Counted from the stretch's first letter, positions 38,130 to 47,550 are shown. The stretch: 64,000 nt of DNA from Actinomycetes bacterium (GCA_021791895.1 JAJYVS010000005.1:16002-80001); one strand, 5' to 3'. Numbers and translations: made by a program. Notes: generated by a model from the letters alone, not told the origin.

Positions 38130-41100
38130 ATGTTTCGACCCATTCCCCCCGACGTCGACTTCGTGGCCCTCGAGAAGGACGAGCTGCTCCGGTGGTCGGA
38201 CCACGACGTGTTCGTCCGCTCGATCGCCCAGCGCGCCGACGCCACCCCGTGGATCTTCTACGAAGGACCGCCGACCGCCAACGGCAAGCCCGGGATCCAC
38301 CATGTGTGGACCCGCGTCTACAAGGACCTGTTCTGCCGGTTCCGGACCATGCGCGGCCACCGGGTCGACCGCCGGGCCGGGTGGGACACCCACGGCCTCC
38401 CGGTCGAGGTCGAGGTCGAGAAGCGCCTCGGCATCAGCGGGAAACGCCAGATCGAAGAGGAGGTGGGGGTCGCCGAGTTCGTCCGCCTGTGCCGGGAGTC
38501 GGTGTACGCCTATGTCGAGGACTGGCGGGAGGTCACCGTCCGGATCGGCTACTGGGTCGACCTCGACGACGCCTACTGGACGCTCGACCCCCACTACGTG
38601 GAGTCGGTGTGGTGGCATCTCCGCCAGCTCTACGACCAGGGCCTCTTGTACGAGGACATCAAGGTGGTGCCGTACTGCCCACGGTGCGGCACCGGGCTCT
38701 CGAGCCACGAGCTCGGCCAGCCCGAGGTGTACCGAGACGAGGAGGACGAGAGCGCGTTCGTCCGGCTCCCCCTCGTGGACCCCGACCCGGCGCGGCTCGC
38801 CGGCGCGACCTCGCTCCTCGTGTGGACGACCACGCCGTGGACCCTGCCGGCCAACACCGGGGTGGCGGTCAACCCCGAGCTCACCTACGCAGTGGTCGAC
38901 GGGATGGTCGTGGCCGAGGACCTGGTCGGAGAGGTCATGGGTCCGTCGGCGGTGGTCGCCGGGCGGCTCGGCGGCGCTGAGCTGGTCGGGCTCCGCTACA
39001 CCCGGCCCCTCGACATGGTTGAAGTCGACCCGGGTGACGACGGCTGGCGGGTGATCGCCGGCGACTTCGTGACCACCGAGGAGGGCACCGGGCTGGTGCA
39101 CCTGGCGCCGGCGTTCGGCGAGATCGACCGCCAGGCCGGCCGGCAGAACGGGCTCCCGGTCCTCAACCCGGTGGGGCCCGACGGCCGGTTCACCGCCGCC
39201 GCCGCCTGGCTCGCCGGGCGTGAAGTGCGCGACGCCAACCACGACATCAACGACGCGCTGGAGGCGAGCGGGCTGCTCTGGCGCCGGATGCCCTACGTGC
39301 ACTCGTACCCGCACTGCTGGCGCTGCCGCACCCCACTCATCTACTGGGGCAAGCCCAGCTGGTACGTGGCCACCGCCAGCCGCAAGGACGACCTGGTGGC
39401 GGCGAACCAGACCATCGACTGGCACCCGGCCTACATCCGAGACGGCCGGTTCGGCGAGTGGCTGGCCAACAACGTCGACTGGGCGCTGTCCCGGGACCGG
39501 TACTGGGGCACCCCGTTGCCGATCTGGCGCTGCGAGGTCGGCCACGTCACCTGCATCGGCTCGCTGGCCGAGCTCTCCGGACTGGTGGGGAGCGACCTGT
39601 CGGGCCTCGATCCCCACCGGCCGGCCATCGACGAGGTCATCTTCGACTGTCCGGCCTGCGCGGAGGACGGCGGGCCCCGAACGGCCAGGCGGATCGAGCC
39701 GGTGATCGACGCCTGGTTCGACTCCGGCTCGATGCCGGCGGCCCAGGTCGGCTACCCCCACCGGCCGGGATCGGCCGAGCTGTTCCGCTTCCCGGCCGAC
39801 TTCATCTCCGAGGCGATCGACCAGACCCGGGGGTGGTTCTACTCCCTCCTCGCCGTCAACACCTTGGTCTTCGGGTCCTCCCCGTACCGCCACGTCGTCT
39901 GCCTGGGGCACATCGTCGACGCCCAGGGCCGCAAGGCCTCCAAGTCGCTTGGCAACGTGTTCGACCCCTGGGAGGTGCTCGACAGCCGGGGGGCGGACCC
40001 CATGCGGTGGTGGATGTTCAGCCAGGGCTCGCCGTGGACCCCGACCCAGGCCGGGCTGCCGGCCATCGACGTCGCCACTCGCGAGACCCTCCTCACGCTG
40101 TGGAACACCTTCAGCTTCTTCACCACCTACGCGGCCGCCAACGGGTTCCGGCCTGACGACCCGCTGATCCCCGCGCCGAAGGACCGGCCGGAGCTCGACC
40201 GCTGGCTGCTGTCCCGGCTCGCCACCTCGAGCGCCGAGGTCACCGACGCGCTCGACCGCTACGACCCCTACCGGGCGGCCACCGCGTTCGCCCGGCTGAT
40301 CGACGAGATCTCCAACTGGTACGTGCGCCGGAGCCGCCGCCGCTTCTGGCACACCGATCCCGACGCCCCGGCCGGCGACACCTTGTCGGCCCACGCGACC
40401 CTGCTCGAGACGTTGACCACGGTGGCCCTACTGTTGGCGCCGTTCTGCCCGTTCCTGGCCGACTTCTTGTGGCGGGAGCTCACCTTGGCCGGCGAGGACG
40501 CCTCGGTTCACCTGGCCGACTGGCCGACGGTCGAGCCCACCCGCATCGATCCGGTCTTGGAGGCCCAGATGGCCCAGGCCCGGCGTCTCGCCTCGCTCGG
40601 CCGGGCGGCCCGCAGCGAGGCCGGCGTCAAGGTGCGCCAGCCCCTGGCCCGGGCCCTCGTCCTCCTGCCCCCCGAGGCCCCGGAGCTCCTGGCCGAGGTG
40701 GTCGCCGACGAGTTGAACGTCGACCGGGTCGAGATCGCCGCCGAGCTCGAGGAGCTGATCGACGTTGTGCTAGTCCCCAACTTCCGGGTGCTCGGGCCCA
40801 AGCTCAAGGCCAAGGCCCAGGAGGCCAAGGCCGCCCTGGCCGCCCTCGACGCGGCAGCGGCGGCCGCATCGCTCGAGGCCGGACAGCCGATCCGGATCAC
40901 CCTCGGCGACGAGGAGGTGGAGATCGACCCGGGCGACGTCGAGTTCCAGGTGCGCGCCCGGGAGGGCTACGCGGTGTCCCGGGAGGGCAACGAGGTGGTC
41001 GCGCTCGACGTCGCGTTGGACGAGGACCTGCTCGCCCGGGGCATGCTCCGGGACCTGATCCGTCAGGTGCAGGACCTCCGCCGGGAGGCCGGCCTTGAGG

Positions 41101-41273
41101 TGGCCGACCGCATCCGGCTGACCCTCGAGGGGGCGGGAGCGCTCCGGGGGTTCTTCGCCCAGCTGGCCCGGGAGGTGCTGGCGGTGGAGGTCGTCGAGGG
41201 AGAGGGCGAGGGACCCGGCTCACCGGTCGAGCTCGGTGCCGAGACCCGGCGGGCGTGGATCGAGCGCGCGTAG
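38130..41273 (+). CDS. ileS: isoleucine--tRNA ligase
   Basis: 1047 aa. PPTANGKPGIHHV (HIGH-like), KASKSLGN (KMSKS-like), and an editing-domain region. Confidence 0.95.
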   Translation: MFRPIPPDVDFVALEKDELLRWSDHDVFVRSIAQRADATPWIFYEGPPTANGKPGIHHVWTRVYKDLFCRFRTMRGHRVDRRAGWDTHGLPVEVEVEKRLGISGKRQIEEEVGVAEFVRLCRESVYAYVEDWREVTVRIGYWVDLDDAYWTLDPHYVESVWWHLRQLYDQGLLYEDIKVVPYCPRCGTGLSSHELGQPEVYRDEEDESAFVRLPLVDPDPARLAGATSLLVWTTTPWTLPANTGVAVNPELTYAVVDGMVVAEDLVGEVMGPSAVVAGRLGGAELVGLRYTRPLDMVEVDPGDDGWRVIAGDFVTTEEGTGLVHLAPAFGEIDRQAGRQNGLPVLNPVGPDGRFTAAAAWLAGREVRDANHDINDALEASGLLWRRMPYVHSYPHCWRCRTPLIYWGKPSWYVATASRKDDLVAANQTIDWHPAYIRDGRFGEWLANNVDWALSRDRYWGTPLPIWRCEVGHVTCIGSLAELSGLVGSDLSGLDPHRPAIDEVIFDCPACAEDGGPRTARRIEPVIDAWFDSGSMPAAQVGYPHRPGSAELFRFPADFISEAIDQTRGWFYSLLAVNTLVFGSSPYRHVVCLGHIVDAQGRKASKSLGNVFDPWEVLDSRGADPMRWWMFSQGSPWTPTQAGLPAIDVATRETLLTLWNTFSFFTTYAAANGFRPDDPLIPAPKDRPELDRWLLSRLATSSAEVTDALDRYDPYRAATAFARLIDEISNWYVRRSRRRFWHTDPDAPAGDTLSAHATLLETLTTVALLLAPFCPFLADFLWRELTLAGEDASVHLADWPTVEPTRIDPVLEAQMAQARRLASLGRAARSEAGVKVRQPLARALVLLPPEAPELLAEVVADELNVDRVEIAAELEELIDVVLVPNFRVLGPKLKAKAQEAKAALAALDAAAAAASLEAGQPIRITLGDEEVEIDPGDVEFQVRAREGYAVSREGNEVVALDVALDEDLLARGMLRDLIRQVQDLRREAGLEVADRIRLTLEGAGALRGFFAQLAREVLAVEVVEGEGEGPGSPVELGAETRRAWIERA

Positions 41274-41366
41274 CGCCTGTTCCCCCGGGTCGGCGGACCG
41301 TGACGCTATCTTGAGCGCCGCCGCGGCCCGGACGGGGAACCTGAGCCGGGGGACGGGGGAGCTTCG

Positions 41367-42401
41367 ATGACGATCTTCGACGACGACGTGGCCGAGGAGT
41401 CGGCCGGCGACCCCGAGCCCGAGAGCCCGCCCGAGGCGCCCGACGGGACTCCGGAGGAGCGGGGGGTCCCCCGCAAGATCCTGTCGGTCCTCGTGAGCCC
41501 GCTGCGGGTGCTGGTGCGCTTCCCACGGGTGACCATCGAGGCCGTCCTGACGGTGGCGGCGACGCTGGCCGGCGTGCTGATCCTCCCGTCGTTGGCCGCG
41601 GCCGGACCAGGCCCGGCGCCGATCACCGGGTTCGTGCTCATCCGGCCGAGCAACGTCCCCGCGTACCTCCTCTACGACGTCTACAACGGGGGGGAGACGG
41701 TGGTGGTCGGGATGGACACCAACGTGCGGGTCAACTGGGAGCTGGTCATCGTCTACGACGCCCAGGACTCGCTCGTCAACCGTTCGACGCGCAACGCGTC
41801 GTTCGGCCGGGCGCTCTCGGCGAAGTTCCTCGACGCGAGTCCCGGTGAAGTCGGGGTGCTGGTCCGCGGCACCGCCTATCCGGGGTTCCACTCGTTCTCG
41901 GAGTACCAGCGCGGCTACTTCTCGGTCTTCTCCACCCAGTTCAACCCCTATGCCACGCGCGGCAACAACGGGTTGCCCCAGGACGACTCCACCATCAACT
42001 TCAACGTGGACGGCCCGGTGCCGGTCGCCACCCAGTCGGGGGCGAACGAGGCCATCACCTTCCCGACCATCGTGACCAAGAGCGCCTCGGGGTCCTCGGC
42101 CCCGCCGGCCCCCTTCAACTCCGAGGTGTTCTACGACGCCGGGACCTACCAGAACCTGACCGGGGGGGCGACCATCCAGGGCGGGGTCTACTGGGACTGG
42201 TTCGACAACGGGCTCTTCCCCGGGACCGTGGCCACCGGCGTCGACAACGCCGTCCTCCAGGCCGAGCAGAACAAGACCTTCATCGCCGCGGCGATGTTCG
42301 GTCTCGCCGCCGCCGGTGCCGCCGGTCTCGCCCTCGAGATCGTCGACGTCTTCGAACGACGGCGGGATCTCCGCCGGGCGCTCCGCTCGGAAGAGACGTG
42401 A
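41367..42401 (+). CDS. hypothetical membrane protein (acidic N-terminus, TM, about 230-aa N/Q/S/T/Y-rich ectodomain, TM, basic tail)
   Basis: Strong G/C third-position bias and GGGGGAG before the ATG. TM segments are AVLTVAATLAGVLILPSLAAA and FIAAAMFGLAAAGAAGLALEIV. I recognise no domain. Confidence 0.6.
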   Translation: MTIFDDDVAEESAGDPEPESPPEAPDGTPEERGVPRKILSVLVSPLRVLVRFPRVTIEAVLTVAATLAGVLILPSLAAAGPGPAPITGFVLIRPSNVPAYLLYDVYNGGETVVVGMDTNVRVNWELVIVYDAQDSLVNRSTRNASFGRALSAKFLDASPGEVGVLVRGTAYPGFHSFSEYQRGYFSVFSTQFNPYATRGNNGLPQDDSTINFNVDGPVPVATQSGANEAITFPTIVTKSASGSSAPPAPFNSEVFYDAGTYQNLTGGATIQGGVYWDWFDNGLFPGTVATGVDNAVLQAEQNKTFIAAAMFGLAAAGAAGLALEIVDVFERRRDLRRALRSEET

Positions 42402-42422
42402 ACCTCGAGGTGCCGCGTCCGG

Positions 42423-44312
42423 TCAGCGCCTGGTGACCGCGACCTCGACCGCGAGCGCGTGGGCCGGTCCCCCGCCGACCACCGAGCCGCGCATGGGGGA
42501 CACGTCGGCGTAGTCCCGGCCCCAGGCGCAGGTGACGTGCTCGGCGCACCCCATCAGGTCGTTGGTCGGGTCGAGATCGAGCCAGCCCCAGCCGGGCAGG
42601 TAAATGGACACCCAGGCGTGCGAGGCGTCGGCCCCGGTCAACGGGTCGTCGGTCCCCCGGAAGCTCTCGATGTACCCGCTCACATAACGCGCCGCCAGGC
42701 CGACGGCGCGCAGGCACCCAACCGTCAGGTGGGCGAAGTCCTGGCACACCCCCCGGCGGGCGGCGAACACCTCGAGCAACGGGGTGGTCACCGAGGTGAA
42801 GCCAGGCTCGTAGGCGATGTCCCGGTGGATCCGCGCGCACAGGTCGCGCACCGCTTCGACGATCGGCCGGCCGGTCTCGAAGGACGGCTCGGCATAGGCG
42901 GCGATCGCCGGGGAGTGGGGCACGAGCCGTGACGGAGCCCGAAAGGCGCGGGCGGCCCGGGTTTCGGGCCGCCGGTCGCGTTCGAGCGTGTCCCGCACCG
43001 ACTCCCAGGGGGGGCCGGTCGGCAGTTCCGGGATGACCAGGAGCTCGACCACCGAGGTGGCGGTGACCGACAGCTCGGAGAACGGGCCGCCGACCAAGAA
43101 CGCCGTCACGTGGTTGCCCAGGGGGTCGTCGAAGTCGGTGCGGCCCGAGGGGGCCGGGTCGATGGCGATCGAGTGGCTGAGCACCCGCTGGCGGGCGGTC
43201 GTGCGGGGGTGCAGGTGGACCTCGTTGTGCGACTCCTCGGCCGGGGCGTCGTAGCGGTAGGTGGTCCGGTGGACCACCCGGTAGCGCCGCAGGACCTCGG
43301 GCGACCGGCCGGGTCCGGCCGGGCGGCCCGCGCTCGGTCTCGGACCGCCCGGCTCGGTCTCGGAGTCGGCGAAGAGGTCCGACTCGATGTGTGCGTGCAC
43401 CGCGCAGAGCTGTTCGACCAGGGTCCCGAGCAGCACCCGGAGCCCGCCCGGACCGATGTCGCCCACCGCCGCGCCCGACGCCAGCACGCAGGCGTCGCTG
43501 CAGGCCGCGAGGGCGTTCTCGTTCCTCGGCAGCTCCTTCAGGTGCTCGCGCACCTGGGCCAGGCTCGCCGTGACCGTCCGGGGGAAGGTCTCGTCCTGGA
43601 GGAGGAACCGGACCAACGAGTGGCCGGGCTGGCCGGCCGCCCGCCGGTACTGCTGGTAGGCGGCGAGCGAGCGGAGGACCGACATCGCCCGGACCCCGCC
43701 GTAGGGGTCGGCCGAGGCGTCGGCGAGGGCGTCCTCGGCCCGGACCGAGAGGAGGCGGCAGGTGAGGTCGGCCCGCTCGAGGTGCTGGCCGGTGCGGAAG
43801 ATCGCCATGACGTCGTCACGGCACATGGATCCCCACAGGGTGCCGTTGAGCCGGTCGCAGCCGGCGATCACCGCCCGCAGCCACCCCACCCGTAGGTCGC
43901 GGGTGCTCGACGCCTCGGCGTCGTCGGTTGCCGCTAACCACAGTGCGTTCGCCAGCTCCCAGGCCTCCCTCGGGATCACCGGGCGGTTGGAGCGGAACAC
44001 CTCGCGGACCCGGCCGAGCGTGGCCAGGATGCTCGCCGGGTTCATCGGCGAACTGAGCAGGAACGTGCCGACGGCGTCCTCGGGTGGTCCCGAGGGGGTG
44101 GCGAGCGTCGCGGCCAGCTCCGGATGGGACTGGGCGAACTCGGTCTCCAGGCCGGCCACCGCCAAGAGCGGGCGCCAGCCCACGTCCTCGCCGAGGGGGA
44201 GGTCCACGTGGGTGTCGGCGTGCACCAGCACGATCCGGGCCATGCCCTCGGCCCGCTCGAGGTATCGGCCCGCCCAGTAGAGCGCCTCGGCGCTGCGCGT
44301 GAGCAGGGTCAT
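42423..44312 (-). CDS. alpha-E domain (DUF403) fused to Bact_transglu_N + transglutaminase-like cysteine protease core
   Basis: Internal ATG at 44312 after GGAGG. MTLLTRSAEALYWAGRYLERAEG (alpha-E), a P/G linker, RYRVVHRTTYRYDAPAEESHNEVHLHPR (transglut_N), then GVCQDFAHL...SHAWVSIYLPGWGWLDLDPTN (Cys-His-Asp). Confidence 0.8.
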   Translation of the reverse strand: MTLLTRSAEALYWAGRYLERAEGMARIVLVHADTHVDLPLGEDVGWRPLLAVAGLETEFAQSHPELAATLATPSGPPEDAVGTFLLSSPMNPASILATLGRVREVFRSNRPVIPREAWELANALWLAATDDAEASSTRDLRVGWLRAVIAGCDRLNGTLWGSMCRDDVMAIFRTGQHLERADLTCRLLSVRAEDALADASADPYGGVRAMSVLRSLAAYQQYRRAAGQPGHSLVRFLLQDETFPRTVTASLAQVREHLKELPRNENALAACSDACVLASGAAVGDIGPGGLRVLLGTLVEQLCAVHAHIESDLFADSETEPGGPRPSAGRPAGPGRSPEVLRRYRVVHRTTYRYDAPAEESHNEVHLHPRTTARQRVLSHSIAIDPAPSGRTDFDDPLGNHVTAFLVGGPFSELSVTATSVVELLVIPELPTGPPWESVRDTLERDRRPETRAARAFRAPSRLVPHSPAIAAYAEPSFETGRPIVEAVRDLCARIHRDIAYEPGFTSVTTPLLEVFAARRGVCQDFAHLTVGCLRAVGLAARYVSGYIESFRGTDDPLTGADASHAWVSIYLPGWGWLDLDPTNDLMGCAEHVTCAWGRDYADVSPMRGSVVGGGPAHALAVEVAVTRR

Positions 44313-44355
44313 CTGCCCGCCTCCAGCCGCTGCGCGGCGCTTCGAGGCCACGGCC

Positions 44356-45900
44356 TCACTGCGCCATCTCCACCCGTCTCGGCACCTCCGGACGGCTCCG
44401 TTCCGTGGGCCCAGCGGTGAGGGGGTCGCCGACCGCCCGGCACGGCTCGAGCTCGGGCAGGGTGAGCGTGGCGTCGACGACCCAGGTGTCCTTGCTCCCA
44501 CCGCCCTGGGACGAGTTGACGAGCAGGGAGCCCTCGGGTCTCGCCACCCGGGTCAGGCCCCCGGGGGTGACATAGGAGGTGTCCGGTCCGGAAAGGCAGA
44601 ACGGGCGGAGATCGACGTGGCGGGGCCGGAGGTCCCCGTCCACCAGGGTCGGCACGGTCGAGAGGGAGAGCAGGGGCTGGGCGACCCATCCGGCCGGGTG
44701 TTGCTCGATCCGGCGGGCCACGTGGGCGAGCGCCTCGGGCCCGGCCGTCGGCCCGAAGACGACCCCGTAACCCCCCGACTCGTTCGCCGGCTTGACCACC
44801 AGGGACGCCAGGTTGGCCAGCACATGGCGCCGGGCCGCCTCGTCGGCACATCGCCAGGTCGGGACGTTGCGCAGGATCGGCTCCTCGGCAAGGTAGAAGT
44901 GGATCATCGCCGGCACGAGTGGGTAGGCCCCCTTGTCGTCGGCGACCCCGGTGCCCGGCGCGTTGACCAGGGCCAGGTTGCCGGCGACCCAGGCCCGCAT
45001 GAGGCCCGGGGTCCCGACGAGCGAATCGCGCCGGAACACCTCGGGGTCCAGGTACCGGTCGTCGATCCGCCGGTAGACGACGTCGACGCGTTCGGGGCCG
45101 TCGATCGTCTTGACATACGCCACGTCGTCGGAGGACACGAACAGGTCCGCGCCCTCCACGAGGTCGACCCCCAGCTGCTGGGCCAAGAAGGCGTGTTCGA
45201 AGTAGGCCGAGTTGTGGGCCCCGGGGGTGAGGACGACCACCCGGGGCTCGGTCGACCACGGGGCGAGCGAGGTCAGGAGCCGCCGCAGGACCCCGACGTA
45301 GTGGTCGACCGGTTGGACGCTGTAGGAGCGGAACAACTCGGCGAACACCTGCTTGGCCAGCACCCGGTTCTCCAGCATGTAGGCCACCCCCGAGGGGACC
45401 CGCAGGTTGTCCTCGAGGACGTAGAGCTCGCCATCGCGGTCTCGGACGATGTCGCTCCCGCAGATGTGGGCCCACATCCCCCCGGGGACCTCGACCCCGA
45501 CGCACTCGGGCCGGAAGTTGGGCGAGCCGGTCGCCAGCTCGGTCGGCACGATCCCGGCCCGGACGATGAGCTGGTCGTGGTACAGGTCGTCGATGAAGTG
45601 GTTGAGGGCCCGCAGGCGTTGGGCGAGACCGGCTTCCACCCGGGACCACTCGGTCCCGTCGACGAGGCGCGGCACCAGGTCGAAGGGCCAGGCGCGCTCG
45701 CCCGATCGGTCCTCGTCGGTCCCGAAGCTGAGGCCGGCCGACCGGATCTCGTCGTCGGCCCGGTCCTGGCGCTGTGCGAGCGCGGTGGTCCCGAGCGCGC
45801 TCAGATGGCGCCACAGCGGCGCGGCCAACGGACGGGGCCGCCCGTCGTGATCCACCAGTTCGTCGTAGCTCCCGACCGGGAGATATCGGATCTCCCCCAC
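44356..45900 (-). CDS. circularly permuted ATP-grasp type 2 protein (DUF404/DUF407)
   Basis: ...YDELVDHDGRPRP...WPFDLVPRLV...YVLEDNLRVPSGVAYMLENR...VVKPANESGGYGV...NSSQGGGSKDTWV. GTG start. Confidence 0.85.
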   Translation of the reverse strand: MGEIRYLPVGSYDELVDHDGRPRPLAAPLWRHLSALGTTALAQRQDRADDEIRSAGLSFGTDEDRSGERAWPFDLVPRLVDGTEWSRVEAGLAQRLRALNHFIDDLYHDQLIVRAGIVPTELATGSPNFRPECVGVEVPGGMWAHICGSDIVRDRDGELYVLEDNLRVPSGVAYMLENRVLAKQVFAELFRSYSVQPVDHYVGVLRRLLTSLAPWSTEPRVVVLTPGAHNSAYFEHAFLAQQLGVDLVEGADLFVSSDDVAYVKTIDGPERVDVVYRRIDDRYLDPEVFRRDSLVGTPGLMRAWVAGNLALVNAPGTGVADDKGAYPLVPAMIHFYLAEEPILRNVPTWRCADEAARRHVLANLASLVVKPANESGGYGVVFGPTAGPEALAHVARRIEQHPAGWVAQPLLSLSTVPTLVDGDLRPRHVDLRPFCLSGPDTSYVTPGGLTRVARPEGSLLVNSSQGGGSKDTWVVDATLTLPELEPCRAVGDPLTAGPTERSRPEVPRRVEMAQ

Positions 45901-45922
45901 CCCCTCGGATATATCGGAGGGG
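45901..45922. promoter_or_regulatory. 22-bp near-perfect palindrome CCCCTCgGATATATCgGAGGGG abutting the ATP-grasp GTG start
   Basis: The arms pair 6+4 bp around one G/G mismatch. On the mRNA strand the 3' arm is the only SD-like element (GAGGGG). The AT-rich core is unusual in this DNA. Confidence 0.35.
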
Positions 45923-46028
45923 TGAGTCCGGGGGATTGCCTGGGCGTTTCGGCACTGTGAATCCGTCGTCTTTGCGCCGCCGGCCGGTGCGTGGCCGCGC
46001 CGCTTGGCGGGCCGGTAAGGTCAAGGTG

Positions 46029-46145
46029 ATGGCGGAGCGAGCCCGCAAGCTGGTCAAGCCGATCGCCGCCGTGCTCGGCCTCTTGGCCACGATGGCCAGC
46101 ATCTGGTGGTTCGCGCTCAAGCCGAGACGCAAGTCCGAGGACTGA
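46029..46145 (+). CDS. hypothetical 38-aa single-TM protein
   Basis: MAERARKLVKPIAAVLGLLATMASIWWFALKPRRKSED. AAGG-type SD. Nearly every codon ends in G or C. Confidence 0.45.
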   Translation: MAERARKLVKPIAAVLGLLATMASIWWFALKPRRKSED

Positions 46146-46179
46146 GCCCGGCGCCGCTGCGCGGGGGGAACGAGGCGCA

Positions 46180-47544
46180 ATGGCCTTCACCACGCTGAAC
46201 CCGGCGACAGGAAAGGTCGAGGCGGAGTTCGAGCCGCACGCTCCGGCGCAGATCGAGGAACGGCTCGCGCTGGCGGCCAGGACCTTCTCCTCCTATCGCT
46301 CGACGAGTTTCAGCGACCGCGCCGGCTGGATGCGGGCGGCCGCCGACCTCTACGACGCCGAACAGCCGGACATCGCGCGGGTGCTGACCACCGAGATGGG
46401 GAAGACCTTCGCGGCGGCCAAAGGGGAGGTGGCCAAGTGCGCGATGTGCCTGCGCTGGTACGCCGATCGGGCCGAAGCGCTGCTCGCCGACGAGATGGTC
46501 GAGTCCCCGGCCGGCCGCTCCTTCGTCCGTTACCAGCCGCTCGGTCCGGTGCTCGCCGTCATGCCCTGGAACTTCCCCTTGTGGCAGGTCGTGCGGTTCG
46601 CGGCCCCGGCACTCATGGCTGGCAACGTCGGCCTCCTCAAGCACGCGTCGAACGTGCCCCAGTCGGCCCTGTTGATCGAGGACCTGTTCCGCCGGGCCGG
46701 GTTCCCCGACGGGGCCTTCTCCACGCTGCTCGTGTCGGCGGCCGAGGTGGCCAAGATCATCGAGGACGACCGGGTCGTGGCGGTGACGTTGACCGGGAGC
46801 GGGGCCGCCGGGCGCAGCGTCGCCGCGGCGGCGGGCGCGGCGTTGAAAAAGTGCGTCCTCGAGCTCGGGGGCTCAGACCCGTTTCTCGTCCTGTCCTCGG
46901 CCGACCTCGACCGGGCGGTCGACGTCGCGGTGCAGGCCCGGGTGCAGAACAACGGCCAGTCCTGCATCGCGGCGAAGCGGTTCGTCGTGGTCGACGCCGT
47001 CGCGGGCGAGTTCGTCCCCCGGTTCGCCGACGCCATGGCGGCCCTGTCGGTGGGGGACCCCTTCGACTCGGCGACCGACGTCGGTCCGCTGGTCTCGGAG
47101 GCTCAACGAACGGAGGTCGCGGCCCAGGTCGACGACGCCCGGGCCAAGGGTGCCGTCGTGGTCTGCGGCGGCGAGACGCTGCCCGGCGACGGCTGGTACT
47201 ACCAGCCGACGGTGCTGACCGAGGTCGGCCCGGGGATGCGGGCCTACGACGAGGAGGTGTTCGGGCCGGTCGCCGTGGTCGAGCCGGTCGCCGACCTCGA
47301 CGAGGCGATCCGGGTGGCCAACCGGACCAGCTTCGGGCTCGGCTCGAGCGTGTGGACCCGGGACCCCGAGGAGCAGCGACGCTGCATTGAGGAACTCGCA
47401 GCCGGGATGGTCTTCGTCAACGCCATGGTGGCCTCGACCCCCGAGCTCCCCTTCGGCGGGATCAAGCGCTCGGGGTTCGGGCGCGAGCTGTCCAACCTCG
47501 GCATCAAGGAGTTCTGCAACGCCAAGGCCGTTCGGGTGGCCTGA
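46180..47544 (+). CDS. NAD(P)-dependent aldehyde dehydrogenase (succinate-semialdehyde dehydrogenase-like)
   Basis: ...VMPWNFPLWQV...LELGGSDPF...NGQSCIAAKRF...PFGGIKRSGFGRE. Confidence 0.9.
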   Translation: MAFTTLNPATGKVEAEFEPHAPAQIEERLALAARTFSSYRSTSFSDRAGWMRAAADLYDAEQPDIARVLTTEMGKTFAAAKGEVAKCAMCLRWYADRAEALLADEMVESPAGRSFVRYQPLGPVLAVMPWNFPLWQVVRFAAPALMAGNVGLLKHASNVPQSALLIEDLFRRAGFPDGAFSTLLVSAAEVAKIIEDDRVVAVTLTGSGAAGRSVAAAAGAALKKCVLELGGSDPFLVLSSADLDRAVDVAVQARVQNNGQSCIAAKRFVVVDAVAGEFVPRFADAMAALSVGDPFDSATDVGPLVSEAQRTEVAAQVDDARAKGAVVVCGGETLPGDGWYYQPTVLTEVGPGMRAYDEEVFGPVAVVEPVADLDEAIRVANRTSFGLGSSVWTRDPEEQRRCIEELAAGMVFVNAMVASTPELPFGGIKRSGFGRELSNLGIKEFCNAKAVRVA

Positions 47545-47550
47545 GCGCCC

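Noticed and set aside
37155-40394. 1079-aa ORF on the minus strand, the longest ORF in the track
   Set aside because: It is entirely antisense to ileS. Its composition is dominated by Arg/Pro/Gly/Ala with no recognisable motif. This is the classic shadow ORF produced by G/C third-position-rich coding on the opposite strand.
44313-44501. 63-aa N-terminal extension of the alpha-E::transglutaminase ORF overlapping the ATP-grasp 3' end
   Set aside because: The extension is Ser/Pro/Arg-rich junk. The conserved alpha-E N-terminus (MTLLTRSAEALYWAGRYLERAEG) starts at the ATG at 44312, which has its own GGAGG.
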